DNA of 63,842 bases from a bacterium (GTDB lineage Bacteria > Patescibacteriota > Minisyncoccia > UBA6257 > GWB1-50-10), in contig DAIDAY010000002.1 of assembly GCA_027310365.1 (NCBI GenBank), positions 1 to 63,842 on the forward strand, in the 5' to 3' direction. Both the position numbers and the translations under genes were made by a program. Each line of letters starts with the position of its first letter. The first letter of the stretch is position 1. The notes under the pieces were generated by a model. It was not told the origin of the DNA and searched no databases. It saw nothing but the letters and a program-made list of their open reading frames with translations. Positions 36,938 to 46,726 of the stretch are shown piece by piece.

Positions 36938-38644
36938 TTATTTCGGCCGCTTGCCGAGTTTCACCACGAACCCGACGAACAAGATTGCCGACGCAGCGGC
37001 GCCAATGGTGCTTAACTGCATTCCCCAAATCGTTCTCGTCCCTTCCAGGTAAAAGAATCCGCTTGTCACAAAGAGGAGAGCGACCAGCACCGTTCCGAGA
37101 ATCCGCAGGTCGTTTTGACGGTCAAATTCCTTCTTGAATTCCAGGAGTTCTGTGGCGTCGAATTTCACGCTAACCCCCCCTTTTTCGAGTTTTTGCAGAA
37201 GACCTTGAGTTTGTTCGGGGAGCGTCTTTAAAAATTCCAGATAGTCGAAGACATCGGCCTTCAAGGTTCCGAGCGCCCGCCGCGGATCCAAGTAAAACCT
37301 GAGAGCCTTGTCGACAAAAGGCTGGAGTTCTTTGTTGAAGTCAAATCCCGGATACAGCTTCAATCCCATCGCTTCGGTGGTGATGATCGCTTTGCCGAAC
37401 AGCGCGAGGTCGGCGGGAAAACTGATGTGGTTCCTCGTCCCCTTATTGATGACGCGAAAAAATACCCAAGCGACGCTTGGCCGGGTCGGCGAGAAGAAAA
37501 GTTCGCTTAAAGCGCTCGACGCGTCTTTTTGAAAGCCGGCGACATCGCTCTTGTCGGAGATGATGGCGAGATGCATGAAATGTTTGAAAAAATTATCGAT
37601 GTCCTTATCCACGAACGCCACGAAGCAGCTCACCAGCTCTTTGCGCTGCTCTTGCGTAAGGTAGCCGACCATCCCGAAGTCATGCAGGCAAAGAACATCG
37701 CCTTTCATGGCGAAGAAATTGCCAGGATGAGGATCCGCGTGGAAGAAGCCATCAATGAGGAATGCCTGGAAGCTAGCCCCGACGCCGTGGAGAGCGAGTT
37801 CGCGCGCATTGATTTTGAGCCTCTTGATGCTGTCTAAGTCGTTGGCTTTGACGCCATGAACGAATTCCATCGTGAGGACCCGGCCGGAGGTGTAATCCCA
37901 ATGGATGTCGGGGATCTTGATGTGGGGATTGTCCTTGAACGCATAGCGGAAGCGCTCGGCATTGTACCCTTCGGCTTTGAAATCAAGCTCGCGGAGGGTC
38001 CAGTCGGCGAATTCTTTAACGATGCGCAGGGGTTGATAGGGACGCAACTCCGGTACAAAGCGTTCCGCGAGATGAGCAAGATAAAAAAGGATGTGGATAT
38101 CCTGCTCTATGATTTTTCCGATATTCGGCCGCTGCACCTTTATCGCCACTTCGGTGCCGTCCCGAAGATATGCCCGGTGCACTTGAGCCAGCGATGCCGC
38201 GGCAATCGGTTTTTTCTCGATAGACTGAAAAATCTTTTCAGGTTCCTGCTTCAGCTCCTCCGTCATAATCCGCCGCGCCTCGTCGTATGAAAAGGGAGTA
38301 ACGTCGCTTTGCAGCTTCGAAAATTCGCTGGAAATTTCTTCACCGACTAAATCCGCGCGCAGGCTCAGCACCTGCCCCAGTTTAACGAAAGTAGGCCCCA
38401 ATTTTTCCAGTACCTCGCGGAGGATATCCGCGGACACCACTCGCTCCTCTCCGGCCATCCGAATGAGGCACTGCTCGGATGAGCGGCGAGAGAAGAAGCA
38501 GTGAATCCGGCACGACCACGGCACGAGATATTTTAAGCGGATTTTTTCGACTAAAATCCCGCCGCCCGCCTCAAAGAGAACCGCGAGAATTCTGCGCAGA
38601 CGATTGAAATCGCTAACCTTGCTTTTGATGCGTCGTGGCGACAT
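36938..38644 (-). CDS. ABC1/AarF/UbiB-family kinase
   Basis: LGPTFVKLGQ.LS.R.D, AAASLAQVH, VAIKVQRP, FFHADPHPGN, DFGMVG. Confidence 0.93.
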   Translation of the reverse strand: MSPRRIKSKVSDFNRLRRILAVLFEAGGGILVEKIRLKYLVPWSCRIHCFFSRRSSEQCLIRMAGEERVVSADILREVLEKLGPTFVKLGQVLSLRADLVGEEISSEFSKLQSDVTPFSYDEARRIMTEELKQEPEKIFQSIEKKPIAAASLAQVHRAYLRDGTEVAIKVQRPNIGKIIEQDIHILFYLAHLAERFVPELRPYQPLRIVKEFADWTLRELDFKAEGYNAERFRYAFKDNPHIKIPDIHWDYTSGRVLTMEFVHGVKANDLDSIKRLKINARELALHGVGASFQAFLIDGFFHADPHPGNFFAMKGDVLCLHDFGMVGYLTQEQRKELVSCFVAFVDKDIDNFFKHFMHLAIISDKSDVAGFQKDASSALSELFFSPTRPSVAWVFFRVINKGTRNHISFPADLALFGKAIITTEAMGLKLYPGFDFNKELQPFVDKALRFYLDPRRALGTLKADVFDYLEFLKTLPEQTQGLLQKLEKGGVSVKFDATELLEFKKEFDRQNDLRILGTVLVALLFVTSGFFYLEGTRTIWGMQLSTIGAAASAILFVGFVVKLGKRPK

Positions 38645-39905
38645 GTGAACGATTGGCCGCTTTCTCCCTGCGCCGCAGATAGGACTGCAGTGAACCCTTG
38701 ATTTTCAACGCCCGGAGAACGTCTTTAAATTTTATCACTTTCAGAAACTCAAAGTCGAACCCCAGTTTGAATAATTCACTGGCAGAAAGGCCGGCGAGGA
38801 TCCGCATCAGGTATTGCCATTGATCTTCCGTCAGATCTCCATAGAGTTTCTCGGCGATGAGGTAACTGAGCCGCCATTTTTTACCGATGTACGCCGCCCA
38901 ACGATCATCGTATTCGGCGAGAGCTCTCCGGCTGACGTCGTTCGCCGAGAGTTTTCGGTCGATGATCTCGGCGGCCATTCTACCGGAATGAAGCGCGTGC
39001 CTGATCCCTTCGCCGGCAAGGGGATTGATTTGCATAGCCGCGTCGCCGATGACCAAGAAGCCATTCGAGGAATGGTTCTTGATTCCGCCGGTGATGTAGA
39101 TATTTCCCCCGTGCAAATCGACAGGTTCCGCGTCGCCGAACTGCGGGAATTTCTCCATAAATTTTTTCAACAGCGCCATCATGCCGGCCGTGCCGTGGTT
39201 GTCTTCCGGGATGCCGTGCTTGCTTGCGCCATAAACCGCTACGCCGACTTTACACTGGTGTTCGCCGAAGGGGAATATCCAGCCGTAGCCGTGGGGAACA
39301 TAGACGTCGCTGAAATAGAACGCCAGGACGTTCCTGAATTCCGGCGGAACGCCCTCGACGATCAGTTCTATGCCGATGGCGGCCGCTTCGGGTTCCGCTT
39401 CGCGCAGACCAATCTTCGAAGCGAGAACGCCGACAGGTCCGGAAGCGTCAACGACGACCTTCCCCCTGATGACCCCTTCTCCGAAAACGCCCTTGCATTT
39501 CACGCCGACGACAGAATCTCCTTCAAGAGTCGGTTCTTCTGCCGCGGTGCTGATCATCACTTTTCCGCCGTGTTTGACGGTTTCAGCGGCAAGAAACTGC
39601 TTCAGTTCATCGAATGCGAACACATAGCCGCGGGTTTCTCCGTAGTCCCATGTTTTCGCCCCGCCGCGCGCGGCAATGAGGACTTTAGACCACGTTCCGC
39701 GTCCGATCTCGAAAGGTAGATCGAAATCCTTGAAAGTTTCGAGGGGCGTGCCGCCGCTCGAGAAATTCGGCCGGCCGATGCCGGTCGACTTTTCCATCAA
39801 TAAAACCTTCCGTCCTCGTCGGGCAAGCTCTCTAGCGCATTCTCCGCCAGCCGGTCCCGAACCGACGACGATAACGTCAAATGCTTCGGAAAAATTGTTG
39901 TGCAT
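38613..39905 (-). CDS. Geranylgeranyl reductase-family FAD oxidoreductase
   Basis: GSGPAG, DASG, PHGYGWIFP, GDAA...NPL.GEGI. Confidence 0.88.
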   Translation of the reverse strand: MHNNFSEAFDVIVVGSGPAGGECARELARRGRKVLLMEKSTGIGRPNFSSGGTPLETFKDFDLPFEIGRGTWSKVLIAARGGAKTWDYGETRGYVFAFDELKQFLAAETVKHGGKVMISTAAEEPTLEGDSVVGVKCKGVFGEGVIRGKVVVDASGPVGVLASKIGLREAEPEAAAIGIELIVEGVPPEFRNVLAFYFSDVYVPHGYGWIFPFGEHQCKVGVAVYGASKHGIPEDNHGTAGMMALLKKFMEKFPQFGDAEPVDLHGGNIYITGGIKNHSSNGFLVIGDAAMQINPLAGEGIRHALHSGRMAAEIIDRKLSANDVSRRALAEYDDRWAAYIGKKWRLSYLIAEKLYGDLTEDQWQYLMRILAGLSASELFKLGFDFEFLKVIKFKDVLRALKIKGSLQSYLRRREKAANRSHVATTHQKQG

Positions 39906-39917
39906 GTTTTTTAATTT

Positions 39918-40502
39918 TTATTTACCCCTCCTCCCGAGCGCTCGAACCTTTTTCAGCCAAGCGCGGCGTTCCTGGTCGGTGACAATCTCCGTCTCGCTGA
40001 AAAAGGTGATGGCGCCTTGGATGCCGGCGAGCGTCATCAGAGAACGCTCGATGCCGTTCCGGCAGTCGTCGCACGCGCACCAGTATTCTTCCGCTGCAGC
40101 ATGCGCGCCGGCCGTTACGAAAAACCGCGCCGTCCTGCCCTTCAGGCGTTGAATGGGTTTTTTCGACGTTTTGTCGAAATTGAAAGCGAAGCCGGGAAGC
40201 CAAGCGCGATCGAACAATCCTTTGAGAACGGCCGGCATGGCGCTCCACCAGCTGGGATAGATAAAGACAAGATGATCCGCCCACTTCACGTTTTCCTGGA
40301 ACAAAAGCAGGTCCGGTTCTACCTTTTGGACGACCTTGTAGCCGTCGTGTAAAACGGGGTCAAAGTGCATTGCCCCGACATCCATTCTGCGCACGCTGTG
40401 TCCCGCCGCCCTGGCGCTTTTTTCGTAAGCAGACGCCAGCGCTCCCGAAAACGAATCGGCATTCGGGTGGCCGCACAGGACAAACACTTTTTTTGCTGGC
40501 AT
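39918..40502 (-). CDS. NAD(P)H-dependent flavodoxin-2 oxidoreductase
   Basis: GHP..SF, WADHLV.IYP.WW..MPA.LKG.FDR. Confidence 0.9.
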   Translation of the reverse strand: MPAKKVFVLCGHPNADSFSGALASAYEKSARAAGHSVRRMDVGAMHFDPVLHDGYKVVQKVEPDLLLFQENVKWADHLVFIYPSWWSAMPAVLKGLFDRAWLPGFAFNFDKTSKKPIQRLKGRTARFFVTAGAHAAAEEYWCACDDCRNGIERSLMTLAGIQGAITFFSETEIVTDQERRAWLKKVRALGRRGK

Positions 40503-40522
40503 GGCGCTGCGTTTCAATCGCT

Positions 40523-40804
40523 TTAGTTTTTCGCGCGGCGCGAAAGTTTCTTCTCCAACGCTTTCAATTCGCTCCTCGTCGGCAGATCAAGCTCCTGAAG
40601 AACTTTTTTCACCAGCGCGCGCGCTTTTTGCTCCGCTTCCTGCCGCCGCGATTGCCCTTCTCTTGCCCAGGCATCGAGAGTCTTTCCCCACTCTTTCTCC
40701 GACGGATTTTTCCCGGCGATGGTCTTGAGTGTTTTCCGGATCTCCTTTGCCGAAGCGCCCGCAAGCCCCAAGCCCGCCAAGAGCATCTTTTCATAAATGT
40801 CCAT
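40523..40804 (-). CDS. Phasin-like coiled-coil protein
   Basis: K.LLAGLG and L.ELDLPTR.EL..LE.KL. Confidence 0.7.
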   Translation of the reverse strand: MDIYEKMLLAGLGLAGASAKEIRKTLKTIAGKNPSEKEWGKTLDAWAREGQSRRQEAEQKARALVKKVLQELDLPTRSELKALEKKLSRRAKN

Positions 40805-40829
40805 GTTTGATGAATGATTTATGTTTTCG

Positions 40830-41507
40830 CTATTCGACCTTTTCGATTTTTTCAATCAAACCGTCCGATATCCAAACAACTCGGTCGACGTATCGCCTGT
40901 CGTCCGGCTCGTGCGTTACCATCACGACTGTTTGCTTCAATTCCCGGTTCAGTTTCCGGAAAAGTTCCAGGACGGTTTTTGCCGATGCGGAATCGAGATT
41001 TGCGGTCGGTTCGTCGGCAAAAAGCACTTTCGGAGAATTAATTAAAGCGCGGGCAATGGCGACCCGCTGCTGTTCGCCGCCGGAAATTTCATTGGGGTAA
41101 TGGTCGAGGCGATGGCCGAGGCCCACCAAATCCAGGAGCTTGGCTGCGTGTTCCCAGCAGTGCTCCGGATCTTTGCCGTAGGCCAGCGCCGGCAACCAAA
41201 CGTTTTCTTGCGCCGTCAGTTCCGTGATCAAAGCGTACTCCTGGAAAATGTACCCGAGTTGCTGGAGCCGGAACTTCGTTTTCTCGGCATCGGAAAGCGC
41301 GGTCACCTCGAAATTTCCTATGCGTATCGTTCCCTCCGTGGGCGTATCGATGAGGCCGAGTTGGTGAAGCAGCGTCGATTTGCCCGAGCCGCTCCGGCCC
41401 ATGATCGCCACGAATTCCCCCTCGTTGATTTTGAAGGAGACGCCTTTGAGCGCCGGGGTGGGAACTTTCCCGGGATACGTTTTTTTCAGATTTTCTATTT
41501 GAATCAT
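40830..41507 (-). CDS. ABC transporter ATPase (MacB/LolD type)
   Basis: GRSGSGKST, SGGEQQRVAIARAL, ADEPT. Confidence 0.95.
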   Translation of the reverse strand: MIQIENLKKTYPGKVPTPALKGVSFKINEGEFVAIMGRSGSGKSTLLHQLGLIDTPTEGTIRIGNFEVTALSDAEKTKFRLQQLGYIFQEYALITELTAQENVWLPALAYGKDPEHCWEHAAKLLDLVGLGHRLDHYPNEISGGEQQRVAIARALINSPKVLFADEPTANLDSASAKTVLELFRKLNRELKQTVVMVTHEPDDRRYVDRVVWISDGLIEKIEKVE

Positions 41508-41523
41508 GGTGGCGTGCCGAAAT

Positions 41524-42747
41524 TTATCCCCAAATAGCCGTGAGAATGTCTTTCCGGGCGACGAGCCGCGACGGCAGATACCCCGACAGGAAACCGGCCG
41601 CGATCAAGCTCACGATGCCGAAGATAATCCAGCCGGCGGTGAAATACAGGCTGATCGCGCCGAAATCAACATTCAGGGGATAGCGCAAGAACAGCGGGTA
41701 CAGCACGGCGAAAGTCAGGATGGAGCCGACCACCAGGCTGGCGGCGACATAGAATAAAGCCTGAAAGACATACGATGAGATGATGATTGTCCTTTTGATG
41801 CCAATGGCCCGCAGAATCCCTATCTGCCGGCGTTTATTGAGCGCGTTGACGTAAATAAGGACGAAAATGGTAACCGATGCGACGGCGACGGAAATGATGC
41901 TCACGATGACCGCGATCAAATCCAGCGCGTTCAAGAACCCGCCGAAGGATCCCAGAAAGTCTTCATATGTTTGGATCTTCAAAGTGGGAGCGAGCGCTCC
42001 GATCTGCGCTCGGTATTTTTCCAGCGTCTGCCGGTTCGGATCAAGCGCCACTAAAATCTGCGAGGCGCTGTCGCTCACGCCGATCACCGATTCGGCCTCC
42101 TTGGACGTAATGAAATTTTCATAGATACCCATCAGATCGCTGTAGATGCCCTTCACCTTATATGTCCGCATGATGCCGTTGCCGTAGGTCACGAGGATTT
42201 TGTCGCCCACGCGCGCGCCACCCAAGTCGCTTGGCGCGAGATTGCCGTAGCCGCCGGCCAAGGCGGAGCTCAGGATAATCTGATCAGTGTCGGTATCGGA
42301 CAAGAACGAACCATCTTTTATCAGCCCTTCGATGCCCATGATTTTCGCGTCTGCCGCCGGATCGATACCCATGATGCTCGATGAAAGCCGCTTGTATTGC
42401 CCGCTTTGATCCTTGTCGAACGCCAGCGATCCGGCGAGCACATACCGTCTGGTCGTTCTCAGGATACCGGGGATGGTGGCGATCTCCGCGCGCAGGGCGG
42501 ATTGGTTGGGAATGAATTCCTTGACGCGCGGCGTCTCTTGGGAGCTGACGGTGATGTAAGCGCTCACGTTCTTGATGATTACCTGCGGAAACAATTCCGA
42601 GAGTCCTTTCAGGATGCCGGCGATGAACATCATGTTGATGAACGACAAGGACAAGATGAGGATCATCAAAACGAGCGTAGATTTATGCCCGCGCCGAATC
42701 GATTTATAAGCGATGAAAGCGGCGGTTTTCAGATCGTTGGCGCTCAT
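41524..42747 (-). CDS. MacB/FtsX-type ABC permease
   Basis: TM, periplasmic domain, RRQIGILRAIG, three TM helices. Confidence 0.9.
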   Translation of the reverse strand: MSANDLKTAAFIAYKSIRRGHKSTLVLMILILSLSFINMMFIAGILKGLSELFPQVIIKNVSAYITVSSQETPRVKEFIPNQSALRAEIATIPGILRTTRRYVLAGSLAFDKDQSGQYKRLSSSIMGIDPAADAKIMGIEGLIKDGSFLSDTDTDQIILSSALAGGYGNLAPSDLGGARVGDKILVTYGNGIMRTYKVKGIYSDLMGIYENFITSKEAESVIGVSDSASQILVALDPNRQTLEKYRAQIGALAPTLKIQTYEDFLGSFGGFLNALDLIAVIVSIISVAVASVTIFVLIYVNALNKRRQIGILRAIGIKRTIIISSYVFQALFYVAASLVVGSILTFAVLYPLFLRYPLNVDFGAISLYFTAGWIIFGIVSLIAAGFLSGYLPSRLVARKDILTAIWG

Positions 42748-42752
42748 GCCGA

Positions 42753-44288
42753 TTATTTGCCGCCGATAACCACCTGATCCCCTTCGGAAACGCCCGAAAC
42801 CACTTCGACCGTCCCGTTGCCTCTCAGGCCAGTCGTGACGTTTTGATCGGTTGTTTTTCCGTTCTCGTAGATTTGGACGAAAGTATCCGAGCCGTTTTTC
42901 TGAATGGCGCTCGCGGGCACGATGAGCGTGCTCGAGGCCGATCCGGTTTTGATCCAAACGTCGGAAGTCATGCCAGCCTTCACCTGGTCGTTCGGTTCGT
43001 TGAACGTTATCGTGGTTTTGTAATACACGCTGCCGTCGATGACCGTGCCGGCGGGGTCGATTGCAGTTACTGTGCCTTGCCATTCGTTGGGGAGGGCATC
43101 GGCGGTGACCCGCGCGGTCTGGCCAACCTTGACGCCTACGACATTATCTTCCGAAAGATTGACTTTCACCTGAAGGGCGTCGGCGGAAATCATGGAGACA
43201 ACAACGGTGCTCGGGTCGATGATTTCTCCGATATTGCCGTTTGTTGCCGTAATGATCCCGGAAATGGGAGCGATGATTTCCATGTCCCTGATCTGCGCTT
43301 GCACTTGCTGCGCTTGGGCCTCGGCTTGTCTGATCTGCGCTTCAAATACCGCCGTATCGGTTGGACGCAAGGGAATCTTTACGAGGGTCAATTGATCCTG
43401 GGCGGTCTTGAGGGCGGATTCGGATGTGTCTAATTTTTCTTCCACTGCGCTGATGCCGGCGACAACGGCGTTCAGACTTGTTTTCGCGGTCGAGACGTCG
43501 ACTTTCCAATTGGAAGGCACGGCGACGGTTGCGCCGTTCACCGTGTAGGTGTCATTGGGGTTGTTGACCGCACCCGCGAGTTTATCCAGGAAAAGAGTGA
43601 TGTCACCGAGGTATTTCCTGGTCGTGCTCGCGTATTCGGAGAGGTTGCTGTCGACGGTCAGCTGGTAAACATACGGCTTCCAGATGCGGAAAACAGTGCT
43701 CTCGATAAGCGATCTGCTCCATTCGATATCGTTCTGTAAATTCGAATCGACGACCGAGAAAGTCAGTTTTGGATTCGTCGATAAGGGGTTAACGAACATT
43801 TGATCGGCCTTGTTTCTTACGGCATCATCCGCTTGCGTATACGCTTCCCGCAGCTTATCGACAAAATTCTGCCTGGCATCGATTACCGCTTGCTGGGCGT
43901 TTGCCACCGCTGTTTCGGCGACCGCAACGTTTTCCGGCGAAGCCCCCGCTTGTTGCTGGGCCAGTTTCGCTTTCTCGACGTCGATCCCCGCTTGCATAGC
44001 GGCTAATGCTGCATCGAGCGTCCCGGTTTCCTGTTTCGCCAACACCTGACCCGCCTCAATTTTCTTTCCGACTTTCGCCTTCAAAACAATCATTTTGCCG
44101 CTCGTTTTGAAATGCAAATCTATGCTGGTAGGCGCTTCGATTTTACCGCTGGCGAAGACTTCTTGAGTGATGTCGCCCTTTTGCACCGCCGCCAATTTGT
44201 AAGGCGGATTGGCCAACTGTTTGATGAAGAATCCGGCGCCGGCGCCGACGACAAGCAAAACCGCCGCGATGATAATGATTTTTTTCAT
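42753..44288 (-). CDS. Efflux periplasmic adaptor (HlyD/MacA-like)
   Basis: V..GDI...V.ASG, coiled coil, APISG, VP.SA, V.SG..EGD.V. Confidence 0.9.
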   Translation of the reverse strand: MKKIIIIAAVLLVVGAGAGFFIKQLANPPYKLAAVQKGDITQEVFASGKIEAPTSIDLHFKTSGKMIVLKAKVGKKIEAGQVLAKQETGTLDAALAAMQAGIDVEKAKLAQQQAGASPENVAVAETAVANAQQAVIDARQNFVDKLREAYTQADDAVRNKADQMFVNPLSTNPKLTFSVVDSNLQNDIEWSRSLIESTVFRIWKPYVYQLTVDSNLSEYASTTRKYLGDITLFLDKLAGAVNNPNDTYTVNGATVAVPSNWKVDVSTAKTSLNAVVAGISAVEEKLDTSESALKTAQDQLTLVKIPLRPTDTAVFEAQIRQAEAQAQQVQAQIRDMEIIAPISGIITATNGNIGEIIDPSTVVVSMISADALQVKVNLSEDNVVGVKVGQTARVTADALPNEWQGTVTAIDPAGTVIDGSVYYKTTITFNEPNDQVKAGMTSDVWIKTGSASSTLIVPASAIQKNGSDTFVQIYENGKTTDQNVTTGLRGNGTVEVVSGVSEGDQVVIGGK

Positions 44289-44809
44289 GTTGTTTTTCGC
44301 GTTTTGTTTTCCGATCTTCGTTGCGATCCCTTATCCTCCTTCCCATTATGCCGGAGTTGCTTGGTTTTTTGAAGATACTGCTCGAGCAGCCGCGAGCTCG
44401 ATTGCATTTTCCCGCCTTTGCCGACGTTAAAAACCATTTGACATCTTATCTCGCGGCATATTGCGACCTCCGGTATGTTGCGCAAATGGCGATCGCCGCC
44501 GTTGGCGAAGATATGGGGACGGAGATGTGCGAGCTCGCGGCAGACGCTCATGTCTTCCGGGTTCGGCAAATGTTTCGTTGCAATCACTTCATCGACGCAG
44601 GACAATGCCCGCAAAATTTCCTTCCGCTCGCGTTCCGGCATGAAAACATATCCTTTCTTTGCCTTCAGCCAATTGTCGTTATTGAGGATGACCACCAATA
44701 CATCGCCCAACTTTCTCGCTGCCTGGAGCAGGCGAACGTGGCCGATGTGGATCGGATCAAACCCTCCGCTCACCGCGACAACGATGTTCTTCTTGGATTC
44801 GTTCAGCAT
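44285..44809 (-). CDS. Cytidylyltransferase-family nucleotidyltransferase
   Basis: SGGFDPIHIGH, NGGDR, SSS. Confidence 0.88.
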   Translation of the reverse strand: MLNESKKNIVVAVSGGFDPIHIGHVRLLQAARKLGDVLVVILNNDNWLKAKKGYVFMPERERKEILRALSCVDEVIATKHLPNPEDMSVCRELAHLRPHIFANGGDRHLRNIPEVAICREIRCQMVFNVGKGGKMQSSSRLLEQYLQKTKQLRHNGKEDKGSQRRSENKTRKTT

Positions 44810-46725
44810 CGGCACAATTTGAGAATCTTCAACAGCTTCCGGAATTCTACGGTTGCCGCGCCGACAACCTTGTCGGCGCCTCCGTAATAGACGAAAAGGT
44901 CTTTGCCGACGAGCGCGGCTCCGCACGGAAAAACCACGTTGGCGACTATTCCTTCTTTTTCATAAGGCGCTTCCGGTTCAAGGATGGGGTAATCGGTGCG
45001 GCCGATGATTTTGAGAGGATTGCGCCGGTCTGCCAGGACCGCTCCGACGCGATAAAACCCATCCTCGTCTGAAACTCCATGGTAGAGCAAAACCCACCCT
45101 TCGGCGGTCTTGATCGGCGGCGCGGCAACGCCGACTTTTTTCGAATCCCACCATCCTTTCCTCGGCCGGATCCAGCGGTATTCTTCCAGCCAATTCGTTC
45201 CGTCGAAATCCAAAGTTTTATGGAAAGAGAGATCGATGTCGTCGCCGCTGCGATGAATGATCAAATACTTCCCGCCGATTTTTTCCGGGAACAGGGCCGC
45301 ATCCTTGTCGTCCAGGTCCGGAGGGGAAATAAGCACAGGACGCTCCCAATTCCACTTGTGATCAAGAAAATCTTTTGCCGCAATGGAGGAGAGGGCCACT
45401 CGCGGCGGATTTTTCCCGTCGAAGGCTGTGTAGAACAGATGTATCCGACCGCCGATTTTCACGAGTCGCGGATCTTCTGCGCCTGAATTCCCGCCGGGCT
45501 GGAGCTTTTGTTCGAATTTTTCCCGAGGAACGTAAACCGGTTCCGAAGAGCGATGATCCACATGGATGCCGTCCCGACTCGATGCGTAGCCGAAAACCGA
45601 CGTGTTGTCTTCGGACATGGCCCGGTACAGAAGATGAGTTTTTCCTTCAAGATAAATCGCCGCCGGGTTGAAGGTAGCCTTTGCTTCCCAGGGATGGTTC
45701 TTAACGGGCCCGAGTATCGGATTTTCTTCGGCGCGGTTCAATTGTACGGCTCTTTTTTCCTTTCCCAGCAGCTGCTCTAAAAACGGATTGAGTTCTATCT
45801 TTGCCAGGCAGCACGTAGTGTCGGCCGCTCCATAGTAAAGATTGAGCCAGCCGTTGTCCGTGGTCGCCCCCGAAGGAAAGACGACGTTCGGCACCATCCC
45901 ATGCTTTTCGTAGTATTCTTCCGGGGAAAGGATGGGAAAATCGGTCCGGGCAATGATCTTGAGCGGATTGTCCGCCTTCAAAAGGACGGCCTCGACGCCG
46001 AAAGATTTTTGGGGGGAGAAGTAGTCCCTGATAGAGGAGTAGAACAAAAGCCACCCATACTTTGTTTTTATCGGCGGAGTCCCCACCTCGATGTGATCCT
46101 GAGGCCGGCGCCGGAGCGGCAAAGAATATTTATCGGAATCTTGATACCATTTCTTCCAGCGCGATTCTTGCCAGATTTCCTCCTCTTTGTCGAAAGGAGC
46201 GAGGCATATTTTCGCCGGCGGCCGATCAGTATTGATGGTCAAGACTGCCCACAATTTATTGCCGATTCTTTCCGGAAACAGAGCCATCGCTTTGGCGTTG
46301 AAGGGGGTGACGAGATGCTTTTCTTCAACCTTCTCAAGGTTTTTACTGATGGCGATCCCCACCCTGATGCTTTCCGCGTTTGGCGGCCAACTGCCGACCG
46401 CCGTGTAAAAAACGTAGTACGTGCCGTTCAGCTTCGTTATCCGCGGATCTTCGCAGCCGAACCTTTCCCATTCATATTCCGGGACGATTAATCGCCTCCG
46501 ATTGCTAAAATTCATTCCGTCTCTGCTTTCGGCGATTCCGATGTCGGAAACCATAAGCTTGGTCTTGGCTGCGCTGTGGTAATGGGGCAACGAAACCGCG
46601 CGATAAAGAAAAAAAATTTTTCCCCCTTTTCTTGCCGGGCAGCCATTAAAAACCGCCTCAGCTTCCCATGATTGATCTTTGTTCGGCGCCAGTACCGGAT
46701 TTTTGGCGTAGCGTTCGATGACCAT
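44803..46725 (-). CDS. GH130 glycosidase/phosphorylase with two tandem domains
   Basis: Two copies of NP..., FN, YRA, EDPR, NVVFP.G, YYG.AD. Confidence 0.88.
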   Translation of the reverse strand: MVIERYAKNPVLAPNKDQSWEAEAVFNGCPARKGGKIFFLYRAVSLPHYHSAAKTKLMVSDIGIAESRDGMNFSNRRRLIVPEYEWERFGCEDPRITKLNGTYYVFYTAVGSWPPNAESIRVGIAISKNLEKVEEKHLVTPFNAKAMALFPERIGNKLWAVLTINTDRPPAKICLAPFDKEEEIWQESRWKKWYQDSDKYSLPLRRRPQDHIEVGTPPIKTKYGWLLFYSSIRDYFSPQKSFGVEAVLLKADNPLKIIARTDFPILSPEEYYEKHGMVPNVVFPSGATTDNGWLNLYYGAADTTCCLAKIELNPFLEQLLGKEKRAVQLNRAEENPILGPVKNHPWEAKATFNPAAIYLEGKTHLLYRAMSEDNTSVFGYASSRDGIHVDHRSSEPVYVPREKFEQKLQPGGNSGAEDPRLVKIGGRIHLFYTAFDGKNPPRVALSSIAAKDFLDHKWNWERPVLISPPDLDDKDAALFPEKIGGKYLIIHRSGDDIDLSFHKTLDFDGTNWLEEYRWIRPRKGWWDSKKVGVAAPPIKTAEGWVLLYHGVSDEDGFYRVGAVLADRRNPLKIIGRTDYPILEPEAPYEKEGIVANVVFPCGAALVGKDLFVYYGGADKVVGAATVEFRKLLKILKLCRC

Positions 46726-46726
46726 A

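Noticed and set aside
42748..43083. N-terminal extensions in the ORF track (permease; also 44810-44926, 55597-55758, 60750-60953)
   Set aside because: They overlap upstream genes in another frame; downstream ATGs give typical proteins
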